Shown here: positions 9,250-20,610 of the stretch, piece by piece | How the letters are laid out: every line of letters starts with the position of its first letter | Position numbering within the stretch: the stretch's first letter is position 1 | Source: Anneissia japonica | Lineage: Eukaryota | Reading direction: 5' to 3' | DNA: 27,916 nucleotides | Assembly: GCF_011630105.1 (NCBI RefSeq) | Contig: NW_022715116.1 | Span: 5,929 to 33,844, forward strand | Position numbers and translations under genes: made by a program | Notes under the pieces: model-generated | Seen by the model: only the letters and a program-made list of their open reading frames with translations | Told to the model about the DNA's origin: nothing | Database searches by the model: none

Positions 9250-10313
9250 GTATGTACAAATAAAACATTTGTTTATTGTCACCAGTCATAAAATTTATAA
9301 GGCACGAAAGATTTTATCTAATAGATAAAGATTTTTTTTTTTTTTTTATCATGGCATGTAGGTAAATTTACATAGATTTTTTTTTTTTTTAACTTACATT
9401 TCTGTCTATTTTTTTTTGTATTAATATCTAAAAAAACATCTAAAATTAAAACATTGAATTAACTACAGATTATAACAACTTCCAGTGAGGCACAGATCAA
9501 AACAGTATATTCAATCATCAAAAATTTACAGCCTCTTAATTATAAAACTTCTTAATTTGATTACTGCAGCACATTTAAGGGTTTAGCAAAGAATATATGT
9601 ACCATAGTATTATTTTGCAATGAAAATGTCCTCTATAAAGCAATTATAGTCTGGTGTTGAGTACACTATAGGAAATATAAGCCGAAGGAGCCATTAATGA
9701 AATAATGGTTCCTAAGGCTTCTATTTCCATAGTGTACGAAATTACTTGACTATAATTGCTTTATAAGTCAGGTGTGATGTCTATAACCTCTTATAGGGCC
9801 TTTCATATCAAACTGCTGGTTGTAGATTGTTTGATATAGATAGCTGTAGGCACTATATAATAAATCCGTGGTAGTGCCGGTTGCTCGGGGATCACTGTGC
9901 ATGTTCATTAGCTGCATGTATTAAAATTATTTTAGTACCAAGTAGTACGCGCACTGACACTCTTCGCACAGGACGTGTTAACAAGCGCTGTAGAGCGAGA
10001 TTTGTTAGGTTCGCTGTGTGCATTCATAGCTTGGCCTAGCAATGAAATATTCCATTGCGATATACTGTATTAAAATCACCCCAGCTTTGAGCTTTTTTGC
10101 ACCGAGATGAAAAAAATCGAAGTGATCAGTTGGGAATTAGCACCTGCAGTGCAAATAAAAGGGATGACGTCACCACTGACTTATAATATTTTTTATACTG
10201 TAATTTTATTATCTCAACAGAGATTCCCTTCAAAAATAATATAACTGTCCATCCCAGTGCAAACCACCATTTTAATTATATGTAATATGTATAATTTCAT
10301 TTACTATTACAAG

Positions 10314-10466
10314 GTTTTAGAAATTGGAGTTTTGCTTGGCCTCATGTGCAAGTATTCATGTGAAGAATGTACATTTGTCATCTACGGCAATGGTCAACAG
10401 GTTAAAGTTGAACTTGAGAAGGGCACCATCTTGGATAATATGAAAAGTGTCATTGACTGCTCTGAG
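10314..10466 (+). CDS. TEP1: TEP1 exon 11 (vWA-like; VLEIGVLLGLMCKYSCEECTFVIYGNGQQ…)
   Basis: Acceptor tacaAG at 10312-10313; donor GAG|GTAAAC at 10467. Phase 0 to 0. Confidence 0.65.
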
Positions 10467-10757
10467 GTAAACAACCAAAGTTTGCTACAGTGTGTGAATA
10501 TCATACCTTTCCCCTGTACTAAATAATTTACACTGAATTTAAGAGGAAATAAAATTATTTTGCTGTGATAAGATTCTTCCAGCCTGAGTACTGGGTTCAT
10601 ACATTGTAAATAGTGTACAATGATTTTGTTCTCACCATTAAAAACAACTTCACAGAGCAGTCCAGCATTGAATTCCATTTAATTCAAATTTTCCTCAACA
10701 AATTTGGTTTGTTTCATGATTTTCTTTTCTATTCTAATTTTCTTCCTTGTTTCACAG

Positions 10758-10841
10758 GCCATGGCAGTAGAAGATGATGAAAATAAACTAGGTGTCTTGG
10801 GTGATGAATCCTTCTCTGAAATGATTCGGGACCAAATCCAG
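10758..10841 (+). CDS. TEP1: TEP1 exon 12 (AMAVEDDENKLGVLGDESFSEMIRDQIQ)
   Basis: Acceptor tttcacAG at 10756-10757; donor CAG|GTGAGG at 10842. Phase 0 to 0. Confidence 0.7.
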
Positions 10842-11332
10842 GTGAGGTTCATTATCACGGTACAGGACATCTTCACATTAATATAATGAACAGAATTATG
10901 GAATACCAACTTGGTACACTAAACACCTGTGGTGCCATTTGCTGGCAATGAATATAAACATCATCATCGGTATCATAATTTAAGCTCAGCTCTTTTTTAT
11001 AATAATAAAGAACCATTCTAAAGTCAGCAGAACAAGTGGTTGTCATTGACTATCCAAACTGTTCAAAACAAATGAGGAACCATGGAGAAAATCAAACAAT
11101 TTTAGACATAATATAGGGTGATAAAATTACATAAATTTTTCTATACTTTAGTCACATACATTCTGTGTTGCTTCAGTCTTAACATACTACACAAAAATTG
11201 CACAAAGATCTTTTCAGAGTTTTGTTCAATAGGCTGGATCAGGAATTGACCATACTACTATAGACGAGGCAACAGCCTCACCACTCCAAGTTATATCTTC
11301 TATATAATTAATCTCTATTGCCTTTGTTTCAG

Positions 11333-11478
11333 CTTGACAATCTTGTGATTCTGTCTGATGGTCTGAAAATGGAAAGCGACCAAGGTCAGATGGTTGGTAC
11401 TTTTCTCAAAAAGTATCGAAAGATCGTCAACCCCAACCTGTTGTTTGTTAACGTGGATCTCAGTAGCAAGTCCTCGGG
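11333..11478 (+). CDS. TEP1: TEP1 exon 13 (LDNLVILSDGLKMESDQGQMVGTFLKKYRKIVNPNLLFVNVDLSSKSS)
   Basis: Acceptor ttgtttcAG at 11331-11332; donor GG|GTAAAT at 11479. Phase 0 to 2. Confidence 0.75.
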
Positions 11479-12336
11479 GTAAATGCTCTTAAGCCCTCTG
11501 TCTGGATTAACACATTTTATTTGACAAAAACATGTGACATACCTAAATATGGTTGTGATGACATCACATCATGACCATATTTAGGCCCATACACATATGA
11601 CTATATATGGGCATGTAACTTTCAAAGAAAATTTGATAACCTGGATAGAGCTTTACTGAAAGCAAGAAAATTTATAAAAATATTGAAAAATCACTCGCAG
11701 TGTATTTCTCTTGTTTGACAGGAATAGTTTTGATTTTTTGTACACATTGCTGGGATATAAGTGTATGGCCTGTTTGAATGTGGATTTTAAAATTCTCTCG
11801 TCTATTTCGTGAATACTTACCTGGATGAAACGATATATGCCAATTTGCTTTTAGAACTTAACTTCAAAAATAATGGAATAGTCCAACCCAGGCGTATATA
11901 TAATGCAACACTGTTAAGTAACAGGCGCTCTCATTTCATGTAATACCCAGTCCACATGGAGACAAAATGTAAACAATTTTTCCATCTTGCAACAACAAAA
12001 AGCATCCCAAAAATAAAACTAAAACTAAACTAAAACTAGTTTTTGGCTGATTTAAGAACGTTTACTACAAAACTACTTCAAATGTTTATACGTCAAAATT
12101 TAAAGGTTTTGAAAAGATAATTTTTTTCATTTTTAAATTTTAATAAACACTAATAACTTAGAGAGCAAGCAATATAAATAATAATCATTTTACATCGCAA
12201 CATAAACAACATATCTGTAAGATTTATTGATCGTCATTTTAATAATTGCTTTAAACTGACTATCATATTGAAAATTTTTAATATAATATTTTGTATGCTA
12301 TTTAAATTTTTCCCCTGCTATTGTTCTTTCTTTTAG

Positions 12337-12487
12337 TCTTGCTGACCTAAAGCCTGAAAATCCAAATGACATCTTCATCGCAGGCTACAGTGATCAGATC
12401 TTGAGATTCATTGCAGAGCGTGGAAGCAGTAGTCAGTTGACCCACGTTGAAAATATTGACAAGGCTCAAAAATTGGTACCAGAACAG
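12337..12487 (+). CDS. TEP1: TEP1 exon 14 (…DIFIAGYSDQILRFIAERGSSSQLTHVEN…)
   Basis: Acceptor tctttcttttAG at 12335-12336; donor CAG|GTGAGT at 12488. Parallels vertebrate 'DVTLSGCTDAILKFIAEHGASHLLEHV'. Confidence 0.8.
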
Positions 12488-12637
12488 GTGAGTTTGAAAC
12501 AAATGGCTTATTCAAACTCCTATGTTGGTGTCTGAAATTTCGGAAACAAATCTTAAATAATATGGTGTTTTGTTTTTAATATGAAAACTGATAATTGTTT
12601 AAAAAAAAAATAATATGTAAATTGTTCTATTTATTAG

Positions 12638-12729
12638 GAAGCTGCAGTTGCTAAGGCAGCCAGTAAAATGGCCCCTTCAACAGAAACACAGAATCCCATC
12701 ACCATACCGGCTGTTATCAAAGCACCAAG
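12638..12729 (+). CDS. TEP1: TEP1 exon 15 (EAAVAKAASKMAPSTETQNPITIPAVIKAP)
   Basis: Acceptor tttattAG at 12636-12637; donor AG|GTAAAA at 12730. Phase 0 to 2. Confidence 0.7.
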
Positions 12730-12840
12730 GTAAAATACAAAACATAAATATATATAATAGATACATTCAATTATTACTATAATCTGAGTTTGGTTAAATC
12801 TTTATTTGATTCACCAAATGTTTATTTGTTGTTTTGTTAG

Positions 12841-13017
12841 ATGGCGCACTGCAAGAGTGTTTATTTCATCGACATTCAATGACATGCATGGTGAACGTGA
12901 TATTTTGACGCGCTTTGTCTTTCCGGAACTACGAGCACGAGCAAAGAAACACTACATTAATGTCTATGAAGTTGATTTACGATGGGGTGTCACTGAACAA
13001 GAAGCAAAGCAGAATGG
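12841..13017 (+). CDS. TEP1: TEP1 exon 16 (start of NACHT-associated TEP1 domain: [35 protein letters not shown]…[13 protein letters not shown])
   Basis: Acceptor ttttgttAG at 12839-12840; donor GG|GTAAGT at 13018. Near-identical motif to vertebrate 'IRLFISSTFRDMHGERDLL…[11 protein letters not shown]'. Confidence 0.9.
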
Positions 13018-13509
13018 GTAAGTGTTTATGTTTAAAAATTCCCAAATGCCCTTTGTATGGATAACCTAACCCTAACTACCCTAACTAAATATATGGGATG
13101 CTGTACAACAAAAAAAATAGCAAATTATTATTATTGTTTGCATCAGCACCAATGCCATTTCCAGGATTTGTGCAATTTTTTAACTTACAGATTATTCAAG
13201 ACAACTAGTTCAATTAATCATACTATTCATCACTATTATTATTGTGAATATTGGTATTATTATTACTCTTGTTTTTTTATCAACTAGTACACCTTTTTCT
13301 CATTTTCTGCAGCAATTTTCATCTTAATTTTAGTACCAGTAGTAGCAGTGTATTTTTTAGGTTTAGTAAGCACTTCATTAATCCAAAAAGATGCAGTCAT
13401 TTTACTTAATCCAGCAATTAAATTATAGGAATAATTATGTAAGTTATATTTTCTCAATGTACGATTTTCAAAACCATTTTTTTTTTTTCCTCTTGAATTT
13501 TATTCACAG

Positions 13510-13755
13510 ATCTATTGAAGTCTGTCTAGGTGAGGTGTCCCGATCAAATTTTTTTATTGGTTTACTAGGTGATCGCTATGGTTACACACCAGAGTCATAT
13601 GATACCTCCATGCGAACCAAGGAATTTGAATGGCTAGCAGACTACCCTGCTGGACGCTCAATCACGGAGTTGGAGATGCAACATGGCGTCCTTGCTAACC
13701 CGGAGCAGGCTGTTGATCGAGCATTCTTTTACTTCCGAAACAAGAAGCTAATAGA
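13510..13755 (+). CDS. TEP1: TEP1 exon 17 (…SIEVCLGEVSRSNFFIGLLGDRYGYTPESY…YPAGRSITELEMQHGV…FFYFRNKKLI)
   Basis: Acceptor ttcacAG at 13508-13509; donor GA|GTAAGT at 13756. Matches vertebrate 'QLEVCLGEV…FVGILGSRYGY…YPSGRSVTEMEV'. Confidence 0.9.
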
Positions 13756-13935
13756 GTAAGTCCTTTATATTTATGCATTAAAAGACCTTTGAGGATAGGA
13801 AATGAAATTATAGTTAGATATTACTGTACTTTTGTTGACGATTTGATTGGCAGAAATAGACAATCATAATGTAGTACAGTATTTAAAATACTCAATTTTC
13901 AGTACATTTTGATATTTTTTTTCTTTATTTTAAAG

Positions 13936-14049
13936 GAATATCCCAGATAAATGGAAGAAAGATTTTGTAACTGTAAACAGTACTGCAGCCAGTAATTTGG
14001 AAAATCTTAAGGAAAGGATTCGAACTAGTCCTCTTGAAGTCTATGATGG
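13936..14049 (+). CDS. TEP1: TEP1 exon 18 (ENIPDKWKKDFVTVNSTAASNLENLKERIRTSPLEVYD)
   Basis: Acceptor ttttaaAG at 13934-13935; donor GG|GTGAGT at 14050. Phase 2 to 2. Confidence 0.8.
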
Positions 14050-14148
14050 GTGAGTAATTCTATTCCTTAAATTAAACCAAAATCATATGAACTATCAGTA
14101 GGTCTAAAAATAGTATAATTATCAATATTTTCAACATTATATTTTTAG

Positions 14149-14269
14149 ATATCCTTGTGAATGGGGTGGTGTTGTAAATGGTAAACCAGTTGTAACCGGA
14201 TTAGACAAGTTTGGACATCGTGTTATCAACAACCTATGGCAGGCCATACGCAAAGAATTCACAGACGAG
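14149..14269 (+). CDS. TEP1: TEP1 exon 19 (…YPCEWGGVVNGKPVVTGLDKFGHRVINNLWQAIRKEFTDE)
   Basis: Acceptor tttttAG at 14147-14148; donor GAG|GTAGAG at 14270. The 'YPCEWGG' motif is as in vertebrate TEP1. Confidence 0.85.
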
Positions 14270-14514
14270 GTAGAGCAGTTAAGATTGTGAATGATAAATA
14301 TAGTCTGTTGAGATGATAACCTTTGTTGGTAGCATTTAATATAAAGTTATGTTTTCTATTTCAGATACATAATAATACCATGTTTTTGGGGTGTTTTTTT
14401 TAAAGACTGCCATCCATTTTCATATTAAAAATTTTATAAATCAGTAAAAGAAATTCTTTCAACATGTCTCAGTTGGACATATAATTTACATATTCAACCT
14501 AATTCATTTTCTAG

Positions 14515-14697
14515 GATTCAGATGGTGAGGACGAAGTTTGTGAGGGCGCTTTACATGAAAGTTTCATGACATCACACCTTAGCCAGTTTGTAGGCCGTAA
14601 AAATAAGTTGAAGGGTAGCATGAATGCTTTAAAAACCATGACAAGCGGTGTTATAGGAGTAGCTGGAAAACCAGGGTGTGGCAAGACAGCATTTATG
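14515..14697 (+). CDS. TEP1: TEP1 exon 20 (NACHT Walker A / P-loop: …VIGVAGKPGCGKTAFM)
   Basis: Acceptor ttttctAG at 14513-14514; donor ATG|GTAATT at 14698. Contains the GxxGxGKT P-loop. Confidence 0.85.
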
Positions 14698-14835
14698 GTA
14701 ATTGCAATTTTATTCTCCATTATTTAGTCTTCAGTGCTGAAGATTATTTTACCTCCGCCAAGGAAGTTTGAATTCACTGCTGTCTTTTTGTCTGTCTGTT
14801 AGCAAAATTACCCAAAACTAATAATAATATAATTT

Positions 14836-15175
14836 AGTGGACTGTTACTTGAGCTGGACCAGTTTAGACATTGTATCTTATTCCTTTAGAGCAGAAGATG
14901 CTTTTCTGTTTCAATGTTTTAAAACCAGTTGATACTGGATTGGACAAGTTTAAACATTGTATCATATCATTTCTTCATTGTAGAAGATGATATCTCTTTC
15001 AATGTTTTTAATGTAAAACAGTTTTTACTGGATTGGACCCGTTTAGACATTGTATCGTACCGCTACTTCAGAGAAGAAGATGCTTTTCTGTTTCCACTGC
15101 CTTTAATTAAAACTAGTTGTTACTAGATTGAACCAGCTTTGACATTTAATTTCTCCAGTACAAATGTTAACATTA
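14836..15175. repeat. Intronic minisatellite, ~95-bp unit × ~3.5 copies
   Basis: The unit 'ACTGGATTGGAC(C/A)(A/C)GTTTAGACATTGTATC…(A/G)AAGATG(C/A)T…TCT…TTCAATGTTTT…AA(A)ACAGTT' recurs at 14836, 14931 and 15026, with a partial copy at 15121. Confidence 0.8.
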
Positions 15176-15350
15176 TTATATACCGACATTGTCTCATCAA
15201 TGCAAATCCTGCTTTTAGCTTTCTAATTTTTAATGTAACCTCATTTTTATTGGGCTAGACCTTGTATCTTAAAATTCCTTCAGTGCACAGTTCTCTTTTA
15301 ATTGTTTATAATTTAAACTAGTTCTTGATTCTTTATTTTCATTCATGCAG

Positions 15351-15520
15351 GCCTCACTTGCAAGTAATTTTAGATCAGGTTTAGTGGAAGATGAACGGAA
15401 GCAAGTTGTAGTACACTTCGTTGGAGCAGCTCCTGGTAACATCACAAGCTTATTAAAACACATTTGCTTTGAGCTGAAAACAAGATTTGATCTAAATCAT
15501 ACAATACCAGAAAATTACAA
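15351..15520 (+). CDS. TEP1: TEP1 exon 21 (NACHT; ASLASNFRSGLVEDERKQVVVHFVGAAPGNITSLLKHICFELKTRF…)
   Basis: Acceptor ttcatgcAG at 15349-15350; donor AA|GTAAGC at 15521. Phase 0 to 2. Confidence 0.8.
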
Positions 15521-15740
15521 GTAAGCTTTGCTGTAAAATTTTAAATAAAAAGAAAATGTATATACTTTTGCACAAACTCTGTTTTTTTTTTTTTTTTTTT
15601 GTTATAAAGAATTTCTCAATGAATTTTGAATAATTCCTACATTCACTGTAAAGTATATATTTATCTATTATCATGTTTTATATACTGTCATGTTTGTTTA
15701 TTTGGGGTGCTCAAGTAAATATTTGGCATTTTCATTACAG

Positions 15741-15891
15741 GAATTTATCTGATGAGTTTCGTGACTTTTTAAAGGGGGCAGCAGCACAGTGTGGAACAGC
15801 CCCAATCATACTGTTTATTGATGGAATAGATGATCTAGATGACAACAACCAAGCAAAGACTTTGGAATGGATTCCAGAAAATCTTCCAGAG
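15741..15891 (+). CDS. TEP1: TEP1 exon 22 (NACHT Walker B: …GTAPIILFIDGIDDLDDNNQ…)
   Basis: Acceptor cattacAG at 15739-15740; donor GAG|GTATGT at 15892. The hhhhDGxD Walker B motif is present. Confidence 0.85.
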
Positions 15892-16003
15892 GTATGTAAT
15901 AAGTTTTATATTGCTTGTAATGATTACTCTCTCAGGGGTTAAAAGAATTAAGTTGTAGCTTGAAACAATTTTAAATATTTTACCAAGTAATTCTTGCACA
16001 TAG

Positions 16004-16007
<4 letters not shown>

Positions 16008-16044
<37 letters not shown>
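16008..16044. repeat. (TA)n microsatellite (~18 units) in intron 22
   Basis: Direct reading. Confidence 0.95.
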
Positions 16045-16048
<4 letters not shown>

Positions 16049-16142
16049 TCAAGAATTACTGGCTTGTTGAAGAAAACAAAATATATACTGAAAATTTATT
16101 AATTGAACAAAATTGTTAAAAAATGTTTTCTTTTTGTTTCAG

Positions 16143-16415
16143 GATATTGTGTTCGTTGTGAGTTGCCAAGAGAACTCGATAACTCACAAAGCATTGATGC
16201 GACGGAATAACCGTTCCGTCATTAGTCTCCCCCCTCTGGAAATACTTGAGAAATCTGACATGATACGAAGTGTTTTGGCTGTTCACCGCAAAGTTCTGGA
16301 TGAGTCACCATTCAATAATCAGCTAAAGATTTTGTCTTCAAAGCGAGAAGCAAATTTACCGCTGTACTTGACATTAGCCTGTGAAGAAATCCGTATGTTT
16401 GGTGTATTTGAGGAG
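16143..16415 (+). CDS. TEP1: TEP1 exon 23 (NACHT; …ESPFNNQLKILSSKREANLPLYLTLACEEIRMFGVFEE)
   Basis: Acceptor ttgtttcAG at 16141-16142; donor GAG|GTACAA at 16416. Parallels vertebrate 'ESPFNNQMRLLLVKRESGRPLYLRLVTDHLRLF'. Confidence 0.85.
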
Positions 16416-16704
16416 GTACAAAAACTCTTACAAATGTACTGTTCTCTTAAGAAATACTCAGTACATCCTTGGAATGCTTGAATTTTTTCATTTTGGATAC
16501 AACGTATATAAATTTGCAATTATAATTTTTAATGATAAATAAAATAGTTATGTTGTCATTACATGTTAATTCCATCCAGTACAACTTAGGATCATTTGCC
16601 AAGGAAAGTATGTATGTGAGAATGTATTTTTCTTAATGTTTATTAATAATCGTAAATTATAGAAATCATGAAATTCTACCTGCTTTTTCACTTTTTTTAT
16701 TTAG

Positions 16705-16837
16705 CTTTCTAAGAAATTAAAATCAATGGCACATACAGTGAGCACCTTATTGGTGGATATCTTCCAACGCCTGGAGGGCGATTTCAACAAAGACATCATC
16801 TCAACAGCTCTGTGTTTGCTGGTCTGTGCTAGAAATG
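16705..16837 (+). CDS. TEP1: TEP1 exon 24 (LSKKLKSMAHTVSTLLVDIFQRLEGDFNKDIISTALCLLVCARN)
   Basis: Acceptor ttttatttAG at 16703-16704; donor G|GTATGT at 16838. Phase 0 to 1. Confidence 0.75.
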
Positions 16838-17302
16838 GTATGTTCCTCATTAAATATTGATGCCTGTGGAAGCACATGGCTTAGAGGCAGAACAGATAAT
16901 TCTATTTCATTGATATTTACGTGAGTGAACCGCTGTAAGGGTATTAAGTTTCCCCTTCATCTCTGTACATTTAGGCCGTGAATGATAAATGAGAACGATG
17001 TGTAGTGACTAATGTGCAGAGACAAACTATACAAATATTTTTGATGAGCTCTGCAAAGAGAACTTTTGGTCCATTCAGGGAAGTATCTCACTCATAGACT
17101 TCCAAAATGGCCTTTGATTTATCAAGTTATTTTGTTTCATCATTGAAAATTGTGTGACTATTTCTATTCCTACATCAATTTATTTCATTGTCTCTAACTT
17201 GCTATGTTACCCACGTCATTTGGATGTTTCCCTTGAACAGGGTGATTGCAGGCCCTACATATCAAGAGCCACTTTCAAATATATAGTTCCTTCGATTTTT
17301 AG

Positions 17303-17483
17303 GTCTTTTTGAAGATGAATTACATCAGCTACTGAGCATGCACAGAATGCTTAATAGCAAGAAGTACAAGTACCAGGATGTCAAGAATATAAAGCTGTCT
17401 GCTGAGAACCTGATGCCTCAAGCTACTTTCAGAAGGCTGCTACGTAGTCTGCAAAGATTCCTCCAGCCTGTAGCTGAAGACAG
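17303..17483 (+). CDS. TEP1: TEP1 exon 25 (GLFEDELHQLLSMHRMLNSKKYKYQDVKN…LQRFLQPVAED)
   Basis: Acceptor gatttttAG at 17301-17302; donor AG|GTTTGT at 17484, which is weak. Phase 1 to 2. Confidence 0.7.
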
Positions 17484-17596
17484 GTTTGTAGAATACAACA
17501 TTTTGAAAGCTTTGAAAACAGTTATTCATATATTAATAAAAAAAAACATTAACAATAAAATGTAATAATTATGCATCTATCTTTTTCTTATTTCAG

Positions 17597-17706
17597 CATT
17601 GGTCGTCTGAGCCTTGCTCACGGTGAATTTGAAAAAACTATTCGGCAGCGTTATTTACGAGGAGCAGCGGCAGAATTTGAGGTGGTTCTACACAGACTTT
17701 TGGCAG
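17597..17706 (+). CDS. TEP1: TEP1 exon 26 (SIGRLSLAHGEFEKTIRQRYLRGAAAEFEVVLHRLLA)
   Basis: Acceptor cttatttcAG at 17595-17596; donor G|GTAACA at 17707. Phase 2 to 1. Confidence 0.75.
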
Positions 17707-18116
17707 GTAACAACAACTAATTTTTTTTTTTTTTTTTTTTATTCCTATTTCAATTGAATGTTTAAACCAGATAGTTATCTTTCTCACAGTTCTCTCACTA
17801 GGTAGCTGGTGCTTTAAAACTCTTTTGTTAGTCACATTGTATGAGTTGTCTGCTATTCCTATAACAAATTTGAATTAGAAGTAAGGAATTGAACCAAAAC
17901 CTGAAGAAGACAGACATATTCCACCAATCAACTACAACATTCTGACAATATAGTTGATATAATTTATGTGAATGAGGCATGGCATCTCAAAACTATAATG
18001 TTAAATAGAGTATATAATATAAAAATACATTAGTACAGACAAGCCATAAATTTTTTGCTCATAACTTTGGCATAAGTAAGTTGATTCCACTAAAATGACA
18101 TCATTTCTAATTTCAG

Positions 18117-18385
18117 CTTTCTACCACAGTGAAGCAGATCCTGATAGAATTGGTTGGTGGAGAGGCAGATCAGCTCATACCTTCACTGAACTGCCATACC
18201 ATTTGGCCTGCTGTGGTGCCTACTCTGAGCTGGCAGCCACTCTTTGTAATTTGAATTTTGTTCAGACTAAGTGCAGACTGGGATTGGCTTCTCAACTCAT
18301 GGAAGATTTCTTAGGAGAAGGGAAAACAGACTCTTTACAATTTCGGCGGGAAAAAGATTGGTTTCTTCAGTCCCCTCAAGTTACG
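18117..18385 (+). CDS. TEP1: TEP1 exon 27 (…FTELPYHLACCGAYSELAATLCNLNFVQTKCRLGLASQLMEDF…)
   Basis: Acceptor taatttcAG at 18115-18116; donor ACG|GTAAGC at 18386. Parallels vertebrate 'LGDLPYHLLQSGNRGLLSKFLTNLHVVAAHL'. Confidence 0.85.
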
Positions 18386-18559
18386 GTAAGCTTTATTTGG
18401 TTTTTGGTCTACAGAAGGTAATTTAAAAAAAAAAATTTTTACACTAGTTGTGTCAAATTCACAATGTAATGTAGCCAAAAAAAAAATATATATTTTCGAT
18501 TACGAAAGTAAACATTTTTAAAACTTTTATAGCTACATGTCTTTATAATTTTTTTCTAG

Positions 18560-18781
18560 GCCTTCAAAGAATTTGTGTCAAGAAACCTACACATCATAGC
18601 TGGTTTTCCTTCTCTGACATGGCAACAGGCCCTTAACGAAGCTTCTGATTCAGTTGTGTACCAGACTGTCCGACCTGTGATTGAGAAACTGGATACATCA
18701 TTGAAAAAACGTCTACTGACTTGGCAGAATAAATTGGAAGGGGTCAACCCATGTGAAAGAACATTGGCAGGATTTACAAAG
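18560..18781 (+). CDS. TEP1: TEP1 exon 28 (AFKEFVSRNLHIIAGFPSLTWQQALNE…KLEGVNPCERTLAGFTK)
   Basis: Acceptor tttttctAG at 18558-18559; proposed donor AAG|GTTCGT at 18782 is weak. It is the phase-0 site needed to join the next WD exon. The ORF runs further in-frame to 18910, so the true donor should be confirmed. Confidence 0.6.
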
Positions 18782-19237
18782 GTTCGTGGTGTGAGGATGT
18801 GTCAACATCTTACAAACAGCTATTGCCAATATTTTCAAAGTTGTCAATTATACACCATCAATTATTGTCCCATAATGTCATCTAACCAGAGAGTTATTAT
18901 TATATGCTGATGGCGCTAAGGATAATTTGTGTATTTTCTGCCTCCAAAATATTAAAATACTTGCATAATAAGCCCTCTATTGTTCACTGTAGGCCTAAAC
19001 TTTAGTAGGAATTGATAATGAATTTAAAGCAGCCAGTCAATTTCATGAATACTTACCTACTGTAGATTGACTGACTAATTGCCATTGTTTGTCTATTTCA
19101 TGAGTACTTACCTGAATAAACTTCTTAATTGCCACTGTTCCTTTAAGAACACCCCTACGAAAGAAGTAGAATCGTCCGATTGTCTACCTACATCACTGCT
19201 GATACACTGACGACTTTTGAAAACATTTCTTATTCAG

Positions 19238-19458
19238 GACATAACTTGTGTTGCTACCTCTCCAAACAAGAAGCTGATTGCCGTTGGCAGCCAAGATTGC
19301 TCTGTCAGACTGTTTGAGAAATCAACTGGTGTGGAACTCAAGTCATTCTCAGGGCATTCTAATGCTGTGTCTCATTGCTGTTTTGTTGGCAACACGCATC
19401 TGGTGAGCTCATCTTTAGATAGCACACTCTGTCTCTGGGACGTTGTTTTAGGCCACAG
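19238..19458 (+). CDS. TEP1: TEP1 exon 29 (first WD40 repeats: DITCVATSPNKKLIAVGSQDCSVRLFEKSTGVELKSFSGHSNAVSHCCF…LCLWDVVLGH)
   Basis: Acceptor cttattcAG at 19236-19237; donor AG|GTAATG at 19459. GH…WD periodicity. Confidence 0.85.
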
Positions 19459-19916
19459 GTAATGAACTCAAAACTTGTTATTATCATGTTCCATTATATA
19501 AGTGTCAGTCCATTATGTATTTAGTAAGTGTACTTGCTATCCGATATGAAAACAAATATACTATATAAATAAACTTGGATAAAGTTGAATACCATCTAAC
19601 CCTCAAAAGGTGTTTCTGATTGGTCTGTTGAGCTATAATCATGTTTACCATAAATATGTGTTAATATTATGTGTTAGCTACTGTTTCATTAGAAATTGGT
19701 AAAAATTTGTCATATACATAGAATCCAAATTATGTACTAATCTATATTCTAATGCCCCCTACCTTAGGCTGATCAGAAACAAAAAAATATAACCATCCAA
19801 AAAATATATTCTAATCTACTTTGTTATGGTATTTGTATTGTTGATCCTTCATTAATAGACACTAAATACTGCAGATGTTTTGGTTGTTGATAAGGATTTT
19901 TTTAAAATTTTCATAG

Positions 19917-20172
19917 AGTTGCTCGAATGACAAAGCATAATCGGCGCGTCAGTAACTGTGCGTACAGTGCTAAGGAGAATCTGCTTGTGTCGGTATCGTG
20001 GGACTCTGTGCTGATGGTTTGGAATGCAAAGGATGGTTCTTACCTTAGAGATTTTCGTTCATCGAATCCAATCAACTGTGTCGCATTCCATCCAGAGTCT
20101 CAGAAAGTAGCATTTGGTGGCTGGGATGCAACAATCGTTATTACTGACATTTTCAAGATGAAAAGACTTGCG
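19917..20172 (+). CDS. TEP1: TEP1 exon 30 (WD40: …NCAYSAKENLLVSVSWDSVLMVWNAKDGSYLRDFRSSNPINCVAFHPESQKVAFGGWDATIVI…)
   Basis: Acceptor ttcatAG at 19915-19916; donor GCG|GTAATT at 20173. Parallels vertebrate 'KSLNCVAFHPEGQVIATGSWAGSISFF'. Confidence 0.85.
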
Positions 20173-20490
20173 GTAATTATTGCTACTATTTCTTTTGGTG
20201 ATATCAGTCTTAAAATCCTAGTGAACACTGCCATTATCTTTTACCACAGTGCCTTCCTAAAGTCTTGTCTAGTACATTACCGTCTACTGTAGAACGCTTA
20301 TGAAGCGATTGTTTTTCTAGCACTCTGTCATTATTAATATGTTTTTGGTGGTTAAGTGTGATTAATCTCTAATGCAATGTTAATTTTATTTGATAAAAAA
20401 GACTACTATCTTGTTTATGAATCTTTTACAATACAACATATAACTAATATATTTCTTTTTTACTTTTAAACTTTGCGTGTGTTGGTACAG

Positions 20491-20610
20491 ATCTTGCGAG
20501 GGCACACTTCATCCATCCGGGACTTGGCTTATTCTCCCACTGGACGTCACATTGCCTCAGCATCCCTCTGTGGAGCTGTCAAGCTCTGGTGTGCAGACAC
20601 TGGCACTCAG
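20491..20610 (+). CDS. TEP1: TEP1 exon 31 (WD40: ILRGHTSSIRDLAYSPTGRHIASASLCGAVKLWCADTGTQ)
   Basis: Acceptor ttggtacAG at 20489-20490; donor CAG|GTAAAT at 20611. Confidence 0.85.

Noticed and set aside
16416-16481. In-frame read-through of exon 23 (…FEEVQKLLQMYCSLKKYSVHPWNA*)
   Set aside because: Using the GAG|GT donor at 16416 and the acceptor at 16704 restores the conserved TEP1 continuation (LSKKLKSMAHTVSTLLVDIFQRLE…, cf. vertebrate VSERLRTLPATVPLLLQHIL). Read-through would terminate the protein inside the NACHT domain.
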